64,000 bases of DNA from an uncultured Acidimicrobiia bacterium (GCA_963786955.1 CAWBAT010000002.1:32001-96000), one strand, 5' to 3'. Positions 18,826 through 29,151 are shown, counted from the first letter of the stretch. Program-made: numbers and translations. Notes: generated from the letters alone by a model not told the origin.

Positions 18826-21075
18826 ATGCAAACCAAAAACCTTCATTTGACTGTCCATCCACCCAAGCATTCCTTCAATCGTCGTTTGTTCTTGAAGCTG
18901 GGAACTTTCGGCACTGCATTGCCTGTTGCCATGTCCAGGTCAGGACATTCAGCCGCGGCAAAGGGGCAATTGCTGCCTGAGATTCCGAAGCTTGCCGATC
19001 TTGCCAGCGACCGCTTGGTACACCACCATCGAGACTTGTTCAGTCCTCCGGCAGTCCAGAATGAATGGGGTTATCTTCAGTCCATTCGCTCAGTTTCCGG
19101 GATCACCGCAATCTCATTTCCTCCATTTGCTTGTTGCGGTGTTCCAGAAATACCTTTTAGTCCTGGAAACCTTGTCACCTGCGAACTGTTTTTAGATGGC
19201 CGCATTCTAAACTCCTATCCTCCCCCGGCGGGAATGGTGGCCTACACCTGGTATCCCCACCGGGTTGTGCGCGAGACCACAGTCCAAGGCCTCCGATTCA
19301 AGACTCAGACCTATATGCCAACCAAGCAGCGTGCGGTCGGCCAACTTCTTGAGATCAAGAATGAGAGTGGTCAGCGAAAATCAGTGGTCCTCGGCTACGA
19401 CCTGCGCGCCGGTGTCACCGTCAAGCGTGACAAACCATGGTTTGTCAATTCTCCAGCCGAGGCGGATAACAAACTGACTCCCAGCGAGTCCCATGGCTGC
19501 CTTATATTTGAAGCGCAGCAAAGCAAAGCGGTTTCTATCCAGGGGGTTACTCCGCGGCCAAGTCAGATTGAGCACAGTCGCATGCTCGTCTACGAATTGA
19601 CCCTGAATCCCGGTGAGACGCGCACGTTTCATTACTTGAATCTTATTGGCGAAGACACAGTCAAGTTACTCGACTCCTACGATCAACAACAGGCTGGTTT
19701 TGAGCACCTTGTGAAAGGGAATGAAGAGCGCTTCACGGAAATTCTGCGGTCAGCGTTCACACCTGGGAATTCGGAATTCTCGGGTCACTTGCCACGACTT
19801 ATGACCAACGATAAGTCTCTCTGGAAACTCTATTACGCAGGTTTTACCAGTCTCCTGATTACTCGCCGGGATTCGCCTGAATGCCTCTATGGCCCCACGT
19901 ACCTGACTATTCCGCGCTTTACACCGACGCTGAGTTTCATCTGGGACGCCATGCTGACCTCGCTCAGCATCGCCCTGCTTGACCCCCAGGCACTGCGCCG
20001 GCTGATTGAGAACTGGCTCGTGCAGGACATGCACCAGCACCTAGCTACGGATTTCCTTACCGGGAAGGGTGTAGGTCCCTGGTACGCGGTGAACGACATG
20101 GGGATCCTCAGGTGTTCTGAAAACTATTTGCGTGTAACCGGAGATTTTGGCTGGCTCGACAAATTGGTCCAGGGGAAACCCGTGCTTGATTATCTTGTTG
20201 AGCATGCCCTCTATTGGAAGAAGCTTGACAAGCTCGGCCGAGGATTGGCTGACTACGGCAAGCTCGATAACGTCCTCGAAGTTGTCAGCACTTGGATTCA
20301 CGAAGTTCCGGCAATGAATTCTGGAAATGTCTATGGGATGAGGTTTGTAGCTTCCATGCTGGAGAAGCGCGGGGATTCCCGAGCGGTCCAGTTAAAGGCG
20401 GAGGCTAAAGATTTGGCGGCAAGAATCAACCGACTGCTCTATGTCGACGGCAAAGGTTGGTGGAGATGCGGCCAGCCGGATGGGACGTATAATGAAGTCC
20501 GTCATTGCTACGACCTGCTCACATTGCTGGATACGATGTCTTCGGATCTCAGCAAAAAGCAGAAGGAAGAAATGAGTCGATTCTTTTGGAATGAATTGTA
20601 CACGCCGCTATGGATGCACGCGCTCTCACCTTATGATGTGGACGCTACCTGGAATTTGCGTGCCGACCACAGCTGGCTGGGGGCCTATGCGGCCTGGCCT
20701 TCTATGACCGCCAAAGGGCTCTATAAGGTCGACCCAGCAGCAAAGGTGTCGGCCTGGGTCAAAGGTCTGGCGAAGACGATGAATCAAGGACCCATCGGCC
20801 AGGCTCATATTGTCGAGACTGTGTTTCCGCCAGAAAATGGGGGGGCCTTCAAATGCCCGATTGAACAGCCTTATGGAAACGATTGGTGCATTGTCTCGGG
20901 AGGAAGCTTTACAGATCTGGTCATCGATTCGATTTTCGGTGCGGACTTGAGCTTGTATGACGGGATCCGTATCCAATCCCGACTGACGGAGTTTGACTCG
21001 AATGCAAAGCTCATGAAGGTTCATTACCAGGGTAAAGGCTATACCATTGGGCGCAATGGAGCCGTGCCGGAATGA
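18826..21075 (+). CDS. Tat-exported putative six-hairpin (alpha/alpha)6 glycoside hydrolase, family unassigned
   Basis: Twin-arginine motif NRRLFLK, a beta-rich N-terminal region, and an aromatic-rich helical C-terminal region (SFIWDAM, GDFGWLD, ARINRLLY). RBS AGGAG. Confidence 0.55.
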   Translation: MQTKNLHLTVHPPKHSFNRRLFLKLGTFGTALPVAMSRSGHSAAAKGQLLPEIPKLADLASDRLVHHHRDLFSPPAVQNEWGYLQSIRSVSGITAISFPPFACCGVPEIPFSPGNLVTCELFLDGRILNSYPPPAGMVAYTWYPHRVVRETTVQGLRFKTQTYMPTKQRAVGQLLEIKNESGQRKSVVLGYDLRAGVTVKRDKPWFVNSPAEADNKLTPSESHGCLIFEAQQSKAVSIQGVTPRPSQIEHSRMLVYELTLNPGETRTFHYLNLIGEDTVKLLDSYDQQQAGFEHLVKGNEERFTEILRSAFTPGNSEFSGHLPRLMTNDKSLWKLYYAGFTSLLITRRDSPECLYGPTYLTIPRFTPTLSFIWDAMLTSLSIALLDPQALRRLIENWLVQDMHQHLATDFLTGKGVGPWYAVNDMGILRCSENYLRVTGDFGWLDKLVQGKPVLDYLVEHALYWKKLDKLGRGLADYGKLDNVLEVVSTWIHEVPAMNSGNVYGMRFVASMLEKRGDSRAVQLKAEAKDLAARINRLLYVDGKGWWRCGQPDGTYNEVRHCYDLLTLLDTMSSDLSKKQKEEMSRFFWNELYTPLWMHALSPYDVDATWNLRADHSWLGAYAAWPSMTAKGLYKVDPAAKVSAWVKGLAKTMNQGPIGQAHIVETVFPPENGGAFKCPIEQPYGNDWCIVSGGSFTDLVIDSIFGADLSLYDGIRIQSRLTEFDSNAKLMKVHYQGKGYTIGRNGAVPE

Positions 21076-21279
21076 TACGGCAACCCAATTGTGGGCAGCA
21101 CGCTCGTCAGTTTCCGATAAAGACGTTTCCCGGGCGGCATCCTTGAAAAATATTCAGTGAAAAGGCGAAATAGATCTTGCCGATTTTCCGTTTTGACGAT
21201 CACCTGACGCCTTCGCTGACTTTATGGGAACGCCGTGAATACCTAAGAACGAGTTTTAGGTACACGAAATCCAAGGATG

Positions 21280-22281
21280 CTATCGGCCGTGCCGTTGGCC
21301 CTTTTGAGAGAGCGGGGCATTTATTGCCTTACGCTTGCGACGGAATTGCGCCGGAGGACAATGATACTCCCGCTTGAACGCCCGGTTGAATCCCGCTTCC
21401 GAGCCATAGCCTACCGCCGCAGCGACTTCCGCAATGCTGCTCTCGGTCGACTGAAGAATCTCCGCCCCCAATTTCAGCCGCCATTGGGCCAAGTAAGCCA
21501 TCGGGGGCTCTCCTAGAAAATGACGGAAGCGCTCAGCCAGCCGCGTTCTGGATAAACCGACTTGTCTTGCTAATGTCGCGACCGTCCATGGATGGGCGGG
21601 CTCCTTGTGCAGAAGAGCAAGAGCTTGGCCGATGATGGGGTCACGGGCGCCCGCGAGCCAGCCGATCTGGTTGGGAGGCAGCGCGTTGATGTAGCGTCGG
21701 AGGGTCTCCACGAACAGTACTTCAGAAAGTTTAGCGAGTACCAACCCGCTGCCCGCGTTCGATCCGATCGCCGCATCCACCGTGAATCGGATTGAGTTTT
21801 CGAGCCATTGGCCTGACGGCTCTTTAGCAAGATGCAGTTTTAGCATCTTCGGTAGGCCAGCCAGAAAGACCTCGCTCAGTCGTGGCTCACACGCCATATA
21901 TCCGCAAACGAATCGGGTGATCTCGCCGCCCCCTCCAAAACGGGCGAGTTTGAGTCCCTGGGTCAGGTTTTTCGCAAAAGCGTGCAAGGAGTCCACCGGC
22001 TTTTCAGGCATGCCGTTGCCCAAACGGTGGGGGTCGCCGTGCGGGAAAATGACGATGTCGCCGGCGATCAACTCTTCCCGTCGTCCATTTGGGAGCTTGG
22101 CATAGGCACGCCCTTCAGTTAAGAAGTGGTAAATGATTATGTGCCCCGCTCCGGGGGAAAGATAGGGCGCTTTGGCGGTTGATGGGGGTTCGCTGATACA
22201 CCAGGGAGCAGAAAACTCCGCGTTGAAAAACAGCGCCCCCTCCAGTCTAACGACTCTCAAAACCTCGGAAAGCACATCCAT
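21280..22281 (-). CDS. AraC family transcriptional regulator with an N-terminal cupin domain
   Basis: Start MDVLSEVL at 22281 and a C-terminal double HTH (WTVATLARQVGLSR...VGYGSEAGFNRAFKR). Divergent from the methyltransferase gene. Confidence 0.92.
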   Translation of the reverse strand: MDVLSEVLRVVRLEGALFFNAEFSAPWCISEPPSTAKAPYLSPGAGHIIIYHFLTEGRAYAKLPNGRREELIAGDIVIFPHGDPHRLGNGMPEKPVDSLHAFAKNLTQGLKLARFGGGGEITRFVCGYMACEPRLSEVFLAGLPKMLKLHLAKEPSGQWLENSIRFTVDAAIGSNAGSGLVLAKLSEVLFVETLRRYINALPPNQIGWLAGARDPIIGQALALLHKEPAHPWTVATLARQVGLSRTRLAERFRHFLGEPPMAYLAQWRLKLGAEILQSTESSIAEVAAAVGYGSEAGFNRAFKREYHCPPAQFRRKRKAINAPLSQKGQRHGR

Positions 22282-22420
22282 TTTAATAGCTTCACCGAAC
22301 TGGGCGTTTGTGTCAAGAATCCGGTACGACCGATCAAGTATCAAGATCCTATTGGCCGTATAGTAGAACTGGATCGCGAAGTGTGCGGGCCACCAACAAC
22401 TCAAATAGGAGACAACCAGC

Positions 22421-23293
22421 ATGAATGCGATTGCGAGAGAGACACAAAGCACCAATGAATTCGACAAACTTAAGATTCGCCTGAGGAAGACATGGATGAC
22501 TGGAGACTACGACCTTTTCTCCCGCTTTATGGAGAAAGGCGCGGAGCTTTTTTTCCGGCGGCTCGGCGTCACACCAGGATCCCGGCTGCTCGATGTCGGA
22601 TGCGGCGCCGGGCAACTTGCCCTGATTGCGGCGCGGGCGGGCGCACAGGTTATAGGTTGCGACATTTCCAGTAACTGGCTCGAGAAAGCCCGTGCTCGCG
22701 CGGCGGCCGAGGGACTTGAAATCGCCTTTGAAGAAGGCGATGCCGAATCGCTGCCGTATCAAGATGCTCAGTTTGATGCCGTCATCAGTTTAATCGGAGC
22801 GATGTTTGCGCCTCGCCCGGATCTGGTCGCGGCCGAACTCACGCGCGTGTGCCGACCAGGGGGCATGATTGCCATGGGAAATTGGACACCCGGTGGGTTC
22901 GTCGGGAAAATGTTCAAAACGATTTCCAAGCATATCGCTCCCTCCGGCATGCCCGCACCCGTGCTGTGGGGGGATGAAACCACCGTTCGTGGTCGTTTTC
23001 GTGAAGGAATAGCTGATCTGAAGTGTGCACTTAATGTGTATCACTTTAACTATCCGTTCCCACCGGATGCGGTTGTGGAATTCTACCGGACCAACTATGG
23101 CCCAATGTCGCGCGCCTTCGCCTCTCTAGACGAGGCCGGGCAGGAGAAACTGCGGAGCGATCTGGTTCACCTATGGTCCTCACATAACTACTCCGATGAC
23201 CATGCGACCAAGGTTGAGGCAGAATACCTTGAAGTAATTGCAACGCGAGACTGGGGTACACTGGACGTGACACAGACCACCGCTACTGAATAA
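22421..23293 (+). CDS. Class I SAM-dependent methyltransferase
   Basis: Motif I LLDVGCGAG, plus GDAESLPY, FDAV and ELTRVCRPGG. RBS AGGAG. Confidence 0.92.
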   Translation: MNAIARETQSTNEFDKLKIRLRKTWMTGDYDLFSRFMEKGAELFFRRLGVTPGSRLLDVGCGAGQLALIAARAGAQVIGCDISSNWLEKARARAAAEGLEIAFEEGDAESLPYQDAQFDAVISLIGAMFAPRPDLVAAELTRVCRPGGMIAMGNWTPGGFVGKMFKTISKHIAPSGMPAPVLWGDETTVRGRFREGIADLKCALNVYHFNYPFPPDAVVEFYRTNYGPMSRAFASLDEAGQEKLRSDLVHLWSSHNYSDDHATKVEAEYLEVIATRDWGTLDVTQTTATE

Positions 23294-23565
23294 ATGGAAG
23301 GCCACCTTGGAGCGGCGAGTCGTTGTGATGACTCACTGCTTGATCGCATCTAGGAAGGCACTGCCGGCGAGGCCGCTTTTGTTGAAATGCTCTCGGAATC
23401 GGAGTGGTATGAGCCCGTGTCCGCAACAGACAGCCGATCGGTTGGCGTCGTCGTGCGCCATGGTCCCGATTGAGATTGATCTCGCGCGAAAAGTGGTCAA
23501 CGGCAAGGCCGTGACGGGTGTTACGCGGGAAGCCGTGGTCGAGATAAATTCCAAGCATGCTGATG
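23294..23565 (+). pseudogene. Decayed DinB-like/helical protein gene following the methyltransferase
   Basis: In frame after the methyltransferase stop it reads ...SLLDRI*EGTAGEAAFVEMLSESEWYEPVSATDSRSVGVVVRH (TAG at 23351). After a frameshift near 23463 it reads PIEIDLARKVVNGKAVTGVTREAVVEINSKHA. The family call is from recalled similarity only. Confidence 0.5.
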
Positions 23566-23660
23566 GCGGGGGACGGACCAAACGAAGCTGCCGATTAGGT
23601 TTGCGTTAGTGTGAAAATTTGGCTCATTTATTGGTCTAGAAACATTTTTTTGGCCCTGAA

Positions 23661-23812
23661 CTAAGTGCTTCTTTTCGTGATTACAGTGACGGGTCTGAGG
23701 ATAGGCGCCGCGTGGGCTTGGGGCTTTTAGAAAGCCCCAAGCCTAAAAAAGTTGTAGGTCGGGTCACCGACCCGGCGTTACCGTCACCGTATTTATGAAT
23801 AGCAGTACTCAG
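23661..23812. mobile_element. MITE-like element with imperfect 31-bp terminal inverted repeats and internal REP hairpins
   Basis: Left end CTAAGTGCTTCTTTTCGTGATTACAGTGACG matches the reverse complement of the right end (CTGAGTACTGCTATTCATAAATACGGTGACG) at 23 of 31 positions. Internal GGCTTGGGGCTTT/AAAGCCCCAAGCC and GTAGGTCGGGTC/GACCCGG hairpins. Homologous to 20-75. Confidence 0.6.
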
Positions 23813-23903
23813 GCCGGTAGCACAACATGGCCAGAGCACACTTCTGCATCGCTTACCCTGTGTCCGCGCTTTGTTGCTGGAAAGATTTGACAGAAATATC
23901 TGA

Positions 23904-26900
23904 TCACTGAGCGTATGCGATTCGCCTCAGTAAGTCGTCGAAATTGGATGGACGTTCAGCCTTCTGCTTCCTAGCCAACTCCGCGGCATAATTGATCATG
24001 TTGAGCAAGAGACGGTCCGCCACTGGATTCACTTCGAGGTTCTCCAGGATTTTGCAAGTATTCAGGATAAATCGTCCCTCCCCTAGTGGATAAGAGGCGA
24101 TCAGGAGTCCTGAGGCGTATCCACCCGGAATGGGATAACCTACAGCGAATGCCGCGGCGGCAATATCATCCGGCGTCTCTTGCCCTTCAAATAGGTATTC
24201 CGGAACAACACTTCCGCAGTAGTCTCCGTCCATGATTCCCTTAATTGGTAAGCCATCAAAAATGGGGTGAGGCTTAGCCACACATTCTTTGTGATAGAGC
24301 CAATCATTAAATCGATAGACTCTCCCTTTCTTTTCTAGCGGCAGCCAGCCCACCGGATCCTGGTCTCTCTGGAAGGCTTGTGGCGAAAGAAAAATGGCAA
24401 CGCCTCCCAAGGCGATTTGTCGTGCCAATTCCTGCCATCGATTCGAGTCCTTTTCTGTTCTATTCCCGACCACAATCAAAGGGTTGTTCTGTTTGGCGGA
24501 ATCGTTGAACGGCTCGCAATGAACACCGTGCGACTCAAGCCATCCTCTTGTCTTTTCTTCAATCCCCCACAGCTGCACGGTTTGGCCGGGTCGTGGGAGC
24601 GCAGCGGCATCCGAAACATAAAACTTCAGACTTCTGCCAAATGGACCGCCCCCGTGCTCCAAATTCGCAGTGAAGGTGTAGGCTCCCGAAGGGCCACTCA
24701 ATCGAGCTTCTTCAGTAAGTACGGGCACTGCGAATGGAGCATACTCACCTGCAGGGGCTTTACGAATTATTGCGCTCGTTTCTTGCTCCCAGACGATTCC
24801 TGCTGGCCCCATGACTCGGAAACGTGCCGGGTATTCACCATGTCTTAGCACGTCCTCGTTAGCCAGTACAGCCTCTAATCTGATTGGGCGGCCTGCATAG
24901 ACATGCATTGGCTCAGCAAACAGACACCAACGCAACGGGGCCCACCCATCCTGCAGGGCTTCCATAATCGCGGGCTTCCACTCTCGCCAAAAGGTCCAAG
25001 GTCCTTCACCAGTCAATGCATGATCTAACATCCCGGTCAAATTGTAGCCGCAAATATTAGGATTAGAGCGGATGACGTCAAAACCTAATCGCCTTTGACG
25101 AGCCATCAGACGCTGACTATCGAGAAGCATGTCTTCAGGAAAAGGATAGACACCCTCCATCCCGTAGCGGCTCCAATCGGATGCCAGTCTCTCAGCCATC
25201 GATTGCATCAAGGCGAAATCTTCAAGTTCTGGATTCGCTTTGACTTGTTCGTACAGGCGTGTTTCACGAATGGCATTTAGCAGACTCCCGATGCCGTACT
25301 CAGAAAGGAAAACCGGTTTTGTTCCCTGGCCGAGTGTTCGAATGAATTGAGATACCGCTTGAGTTTGCGGCAAGCCATAGAAGGGATAGACGTGCGCATC
25401 TCCTGCGCCTTCGACATAGCCGCCGATGACGGCTCCAAGACTTTCGAGCATCCAGTCCTTCCCAGGTTTTGGACCAGGCGCCGCCCCCGGCGCTTCCTTG
25501 CCCCAAACGTGTTCCCATTCAGAACTACCGGGATTGCTGATGGAGCCTATTCCCGGATGATTGTCCCATCGCCCACTGGACAGTAATACTAGTCGCGTTT
25601 CGTCCAGATTACGGACGAGAGGAAGAATGGATACCGCATGCTGGAAGATAGGGCCGTCAAACGTCTCATTGAGTACTCCCCAAATGGTCAGGCTGGGGTG
25701 ATTGCGATCACGAAGAATCATCTCTTTCAAAGAGCGGTCAAAACGCTCCCCCATTTGGGGAGAATCAGCTAATAGCCAGGCGGCTAGACTCTCCTCATAA
25801 ACCATCAACCCTATTTCATCACACAGGTCCAATTGGTATGGAAAAGCCAAGCCGGAAATGAAACGGACCATGTTAAAGCCTGACGCCTTCGCATAAAGAA
25901 GGTCGCGCCGTAACAAGTCCGGAGCTTGACGGGGTGCCAGCATCATCCCGATTGGGACATGATTCCCGGTATGGGTACTACGCACAAATAGTCGTTTTCC
26001 GTTCAGTTGGAAATACCCGTTGACGACCCGAAACTCTCTGAAGCCGCAACGAACCGATGTTTCGTGTGAACTTTGCGATCCTTCTGTCTGAACCTTCACT
26101 TTTACCAGATACAGGTAAGGGTCGTCGAGCTCCCAAAGACGAGGACTTTCAACCATCAACTGCGACTCGATTAGGCTATCCCCACTGGGCAGATCACTTT
26201 CGACCTCGGCTACAGAAATTGCTTCTCCGGTTGCGGAAGCGGCCACGGTAAAACCCAGACGAGCCCTCGAGGATTTCTGCAAACGATTCCGTACATTGAT
26301 CCGAATGTGCACGAGTCCTGTCTTTATATCCGGCAGCACATGTAAATTTTCACCCCAGATCCCCGGGACCATTATGAGTTCCACGGTGTCTACGATCCCC
26401 CCGGAATTAAATGAGTTTCCGGGAACGTATTTCATACTTTTGTTGCGGTGCGGGGTCTCATCCAAAGCGATCCCATCAATCCGCGCATCGCTCGGATTCA
26501 GCACGCGAACCACCAGCACGTTCGATTCATTGGGCTTGATGGCATCCGTCACATCTAGAACGAAAGGCGTGTCTGCGCCTTCATGGCCACCCATATGGAG
26601 TCCGTTGAGCCAGACATTGGCAAGATAATCCACAGCTCCGAAACGTAGCAGGTGGCGTCCTTCTGAGTACGGGTTCAGTGGAGCAGAGAAATTGCGGCCG
26701 TACCACACCACTCCATGATAGCCCGGAAATACCTCTTGAATGACGCTTGGGACGCGCGCCAGCTTTGCTTCCGGCAACGGCCCTTTAAACCATTCCTCAG
26801 TTCGTCCTACATTTTTGGGATCAATGGATAGCGACCACTCCCCATCCAGTGAAACCAGCATTCCCGTAATGGATCTCTCCCCAAGCCCTATCCCAGTAAC

Positions 26901-27032
26901 TGATTTCTGTTGACTGCTAGTTTTCATGGCTTGTTCAGAGGCAGTCAACATATCGTCAACCGATAGCGCGCTTCGCACGGTTAGAGCCATGCTAAGCTGG
27001 GTAGTGTTTTTGAGGAAACGTCGCCGATCCAT
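23904..27032 (-). CDS. Tat-exported glycoside hydrolase family 2-like protein
   Basis: MDRRRFLK Tat signal with RBS AGGAG. GH2-like motifs SLDGEW, LRFGAVDY, HEGADTPF, CGFREF, DLCDEIGLMVYEE, RDRNHPSLTIWGVLNE and SEYG. Confidence 0.85.
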   Translation of the reverse strand: MDRRRFLKNTTQLSMALTVRSALSVDDMLTASEQAMKTSSQQKSVTGIGLGERSITGMLVSLDGEWSLSIDPKNVGRTEEWFKGPLPEAKLARVPSVIQEVFPGYHGVVWYGRNFSAPLNPYSEGRHLLRFGAVDYLANVWLNGLHMGGHEGADTPFVLDVTDAIKPNESNVLVVRVLNPSDARIDGIALDETPHRNKSMKYVPGNSFNSGGIVDTVELIMVPGIWGENLHVLPDIKTGLVHIRINVRNRLQKSSRARLGFTVAASATGEAISVAEVESDLPSGDSLIESQLMVESPRLWELDDPYLYLVKVKVQTEGSQSSHETSVRCGFREFRVVNGYFQLNGKRLFVRSTHTGNHVPIGMMLAPRQAPDLLRRDLLYAKASGFNMVRFISGLAFPYQLDLCDEIGLMVYEESLAAWLLADSPQMGERFDRSLKEMILRDRNHPSLTIWGVLNETFDGPIFQHAVSILPLVRNLDETRLVLLSSGRWDNHPGIGSISNPGSSEWEHVWGKEAPGAAPGPKPGKDWMLESLGAVIGGYVEGAGDAHVYPFYGLPQTQAVSQFIRTLGQGTKPVFLSEYGIGSLLNAIRETRLYEQVKANPELEDFALMQSMAERLASDWSRYGMEGVYPFPEDMLLDSQRLMARQRRLGFDVIRSNPNICGYNLTGMLDHALTGEGPWTFWREWKPAIMEALQDGWAPLRWCLFAEPMHVYAGRPIRLEAVLANEDVLRHGEYPARFRVMGPAGIVWEQETSAIIRKAPAGEYAPFAVPVLTEEARLSGPSGAYTFTANLEHGGGPFGRSLKFYVSDAAALPRPGQTVQLWGIEEKTRGWLESHGVHCEPFNDSAKQNNPLIVVGNRTEKDSNRWQELARQIALGGVAIFLSPQAFQRDQDPVGWLPLEKKGRVYRFNDWLYHKECVAKPHPIFDGLPIKGIMDGDYCGSVVPEYLFEGQETPDDIAAAAFAVGYPIPGGYASGLLIASYPLGEGRFILNTCKILENLEVNPVADRLLLNMINYAAELARKQKAERPSNFDDLLRRIAYAQ

Positions 27033-27116
27033 GAAGATTCTCCTTAGAGGGTGGGCTTTAACCAACAAGAAAGCCAAGAATCTCGATCTGTTTGATTCAT
27101 CAATTCCGGGTTGCGG

Positions 27117-27281
27117 CCGCTCGCAAAGCCCGTTTGTTTGGGGTGAGCAGAAGGAAGTTCGGAGGAGTTTTGCTCTCATCGCTCGCACCGCAACATCGAG
27201 CTCCTCAGACTAGATACTATCCCGATCATGAATCAGAAAGCGATAGTCTTGACGGTTGTCAATGACCTCGCGAAACGGCTG
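27117..27281 (-). pseudogene. Integrase-core (rve/DDE) transposase remnant
   Basis: The minus-strand frame reads QPFREVIDNRQDYRFLIHDRDSI*SEELDVAVRAMRAKLLRTSFCSPQTNGLCER. This resembles the LIHDRD...P.xN..CER segment of IS integrase cores and carries an internal TAG. Confidence 0.75.
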
Positions 27282-27464
27282 CGAGGTGTCGTTTATCGAG
27301 GAGGCAAAAGGGTGCAAGGAGCGGGAAAAAGTAAGGGTTATCATGTGAGCACAGTCCCTTATGAGAGCTGTGAATTCAATAGTTTAGCGGACACGGATGA
27401 TTTTTGCGTAAGACAGGCGGCAGGCCAGACCGACAAGGATAGTGAACCCATTGGAGGTAATGCA

Positions 27465-28430
27465 ATGACAACCAAGGTCCTACAGCTGTGTACGGCTCTA
27501 TTGGCGGTCATTCTGGCCGTAGGAATCCCCTTCGTGGACGGCTATCAGTCCCAAACCAAGTTCTTGGATAACCCGCAGGACAAAGCCGAATCGGGTTCTG
27601 ACAACCTGGTTGTTCACGTCGACCTGGTCAATGTTTTATTTACGGTCAGCAATCGAAATAGCAAACTGGTGACTGATCTGGAAATGCAGAATCTGAAGAT
27701 CTTTGAAGACAACAAACCGCAAACGATTACGAACTTCACCCGGGAAACCGAGCTTCCTTTGACGATTGCCGTTCTCATCGATACCAGCACCAGCATTCGA
27801 GATCGGTTTAAATTCGAACAAGAAGCTGCCATTAGCTTTCTCTACAGGACCCTTCGTCCCCAAAAAGATAAAGCGCTCCTGATTACCTTCGACTCGGCTA
27901 TTGAGTTGGTTCAGGACTATACGGATAATCCGGAACTACTGGCTAAGGCGATCCGTCAAGTGCAATCAGGTGGAGGAACTAAAATGTTTGATGCCATTTA
28001 CCTGGCTTGCCTAGAGAAACTCAAGGCGGAAAACGGCAGAAAAGTTCTGATCTTGATTAGCGACGGTGACGACAACCTAAGTCTGGAGACCCTCAAAGGG
28101 ACGTTGGAGATGGCTCAAAAATCGGATGTGACCATCTTTGCAGTAAGCACGAACTCCAGCGGATTTTACGGCACCGCTGCTCCCAAAGTAGATAGGGTTC
28201 TTAAACAACTTGCTGAAGACACAGGCGGCCGAGCTTTTTTCCCGTTCAAGGCTGAAGACCTTTCTGCCAGCTTTCAAGTTATTAGCGCAGAGCTGCGAAG
28301 TCAATATTCGCTGGCTTATCGTTCATCGAATCCGGCTCGCGACGGTTCTTTCCGCTCGATTAAAATCGAAACGGACCGGAAGAATCTCAAAGTCAAATCC
28401 CGCAAAGGGTACTACGCCGCTCGGGGGTAA
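27465..28430 (+). CDS. VWA domain protein (Acidobacterial VWFA-related type), signal peptide
   Basis: GGAGGT RBS, signal peptide, VDLVNVLFTV, MIDAS-like DTSTS, GGTKMFDAI, ILISDGDD, LAEDTGG, ELRSQYSLAY and RKGYYA. Confidence 0.9.
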   Translation: MTTKVLQLCTALLAVILAVGIPFVDGYQSQTKFLDNPQDKAESGSDNLVVHVDLVNVLFTVSNRNSKLVTDLEMQNLKIFEDNKPQTITNFTRETELPLTIAVLIDTSTSIRDRFKFEQEAAISFLYRTLRPQKDKALLITFDSAIELVQDYTDNPELLAKAIRQVQSGGGTKMFDAIYLACLEKLKAENGRKVLILISDGDDNLSLETLKGTLEMAQKSDVTIFAVSTNSSGFYGTAAPKVDRVLKQLAEDTGGRAFFPFKAEDLSASFQVISAELRSQYSLAYRSSNPARDGSFRSIKIETDRKNLKVKSRKGYYAARG

Positions 28431-28464
28431 AGATCGACCCTCCTCCATAGTTAGGAAGCCCCTC

Positions 28465-29151
28465 TCATTTGCCATCCACCGTGAAATCGTCAAAGTGAAT
28501 GATTGAATCCGCTTTGGTCCAGAGGCCGACTTTGCCGGCTTCAGTAAAGGTGTTGTCCTCGACTTCGTAAAGCTTCTGATCATTGAACGAAACCGTGAAG
28601 AGATTCCCTATCACTTTTACACTGAGCTTGTTCCAGATATTTCCGGGAACCTTTGTCTTCATGCCATAGGTTTTCACCGGTGTCCCTTTCGGGGCCAGCG
28701 AGGTGCGCTTGCCGTTTTTCACCTTGTAGAGGACCACATTGTCTTCCAGTGCATTGGCCCGGACAATATAGTAGTTGTTGGCATCCCGATACCGCCACAC
28801 CAAACCGGCTCCCTGGTCTTCCTTCCCTGAAATCGTCTTGAACCGGACAGACATGTCGGGGTCTTTGTAGGTCGTGTTGTTGGCGATGGCCAAAGGAAAC
28901 CGGTAGTCCGTAGTGTCTGCTGACAACTGTGCGATGACATTGGGTTTCGAGGGGGCAGTGGCATCCACGATGACTTGCCACTCCCCCTTGGCACCCTGGC
29001 CGGTAAACTCGGAAAGCCATCCTGCAGGCAATGCCTGAGTTTTGTCCTTGTCGAAGTTCCAGGTTTTGGATTCGGCTAGAGCGTTTTGGCCGACCATGAA
29101 GAGGTAAGCCAGCAGGATCAAAAGAGGGACCGTTCGGTTCTGTGTCGTCAT
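28465..29151 (-). CDS. Secreted concanavalin/LamG-like beta-sandwich protein (DUF1080-like)
   Basis: AAGGAG RBS, signal peptide ending ALA/E, and motifs GAGLVWRYRDANNYYIVRAN and GKVGLWTKADS..HFDDF. Confidence 0.7.
   Translation of the reverse strand: MTTQNRTVPLLILLAYLFMVGQNALAESKTWNFDKDKTQALPAGWLSEFTGQGAKGEWQVIVDATAPSKPNVIAQLSADTTDYRFPLAIANNTTYKDPDMSVRFKTISGKEDQGAGLVWRYRDANNYYIVRANALEDNVVLYKVKNGKRTSLAPKGTPVKTYGMKTKVPGNIWNKLSVKVIGNLFTVSFNDQKLYEVEDNTFTEAGKVGLWTKADSIIHFDDFTVDGK

Noticed and set aside
27033-27464. N-terminal extensions of the GH2 (to 27188) and VWA (from 27228) ORFs
   Set aside because: Downstream ATGs have strong RBSs and signal peptides. The extension region is an integrase remnant and promoter DNA.
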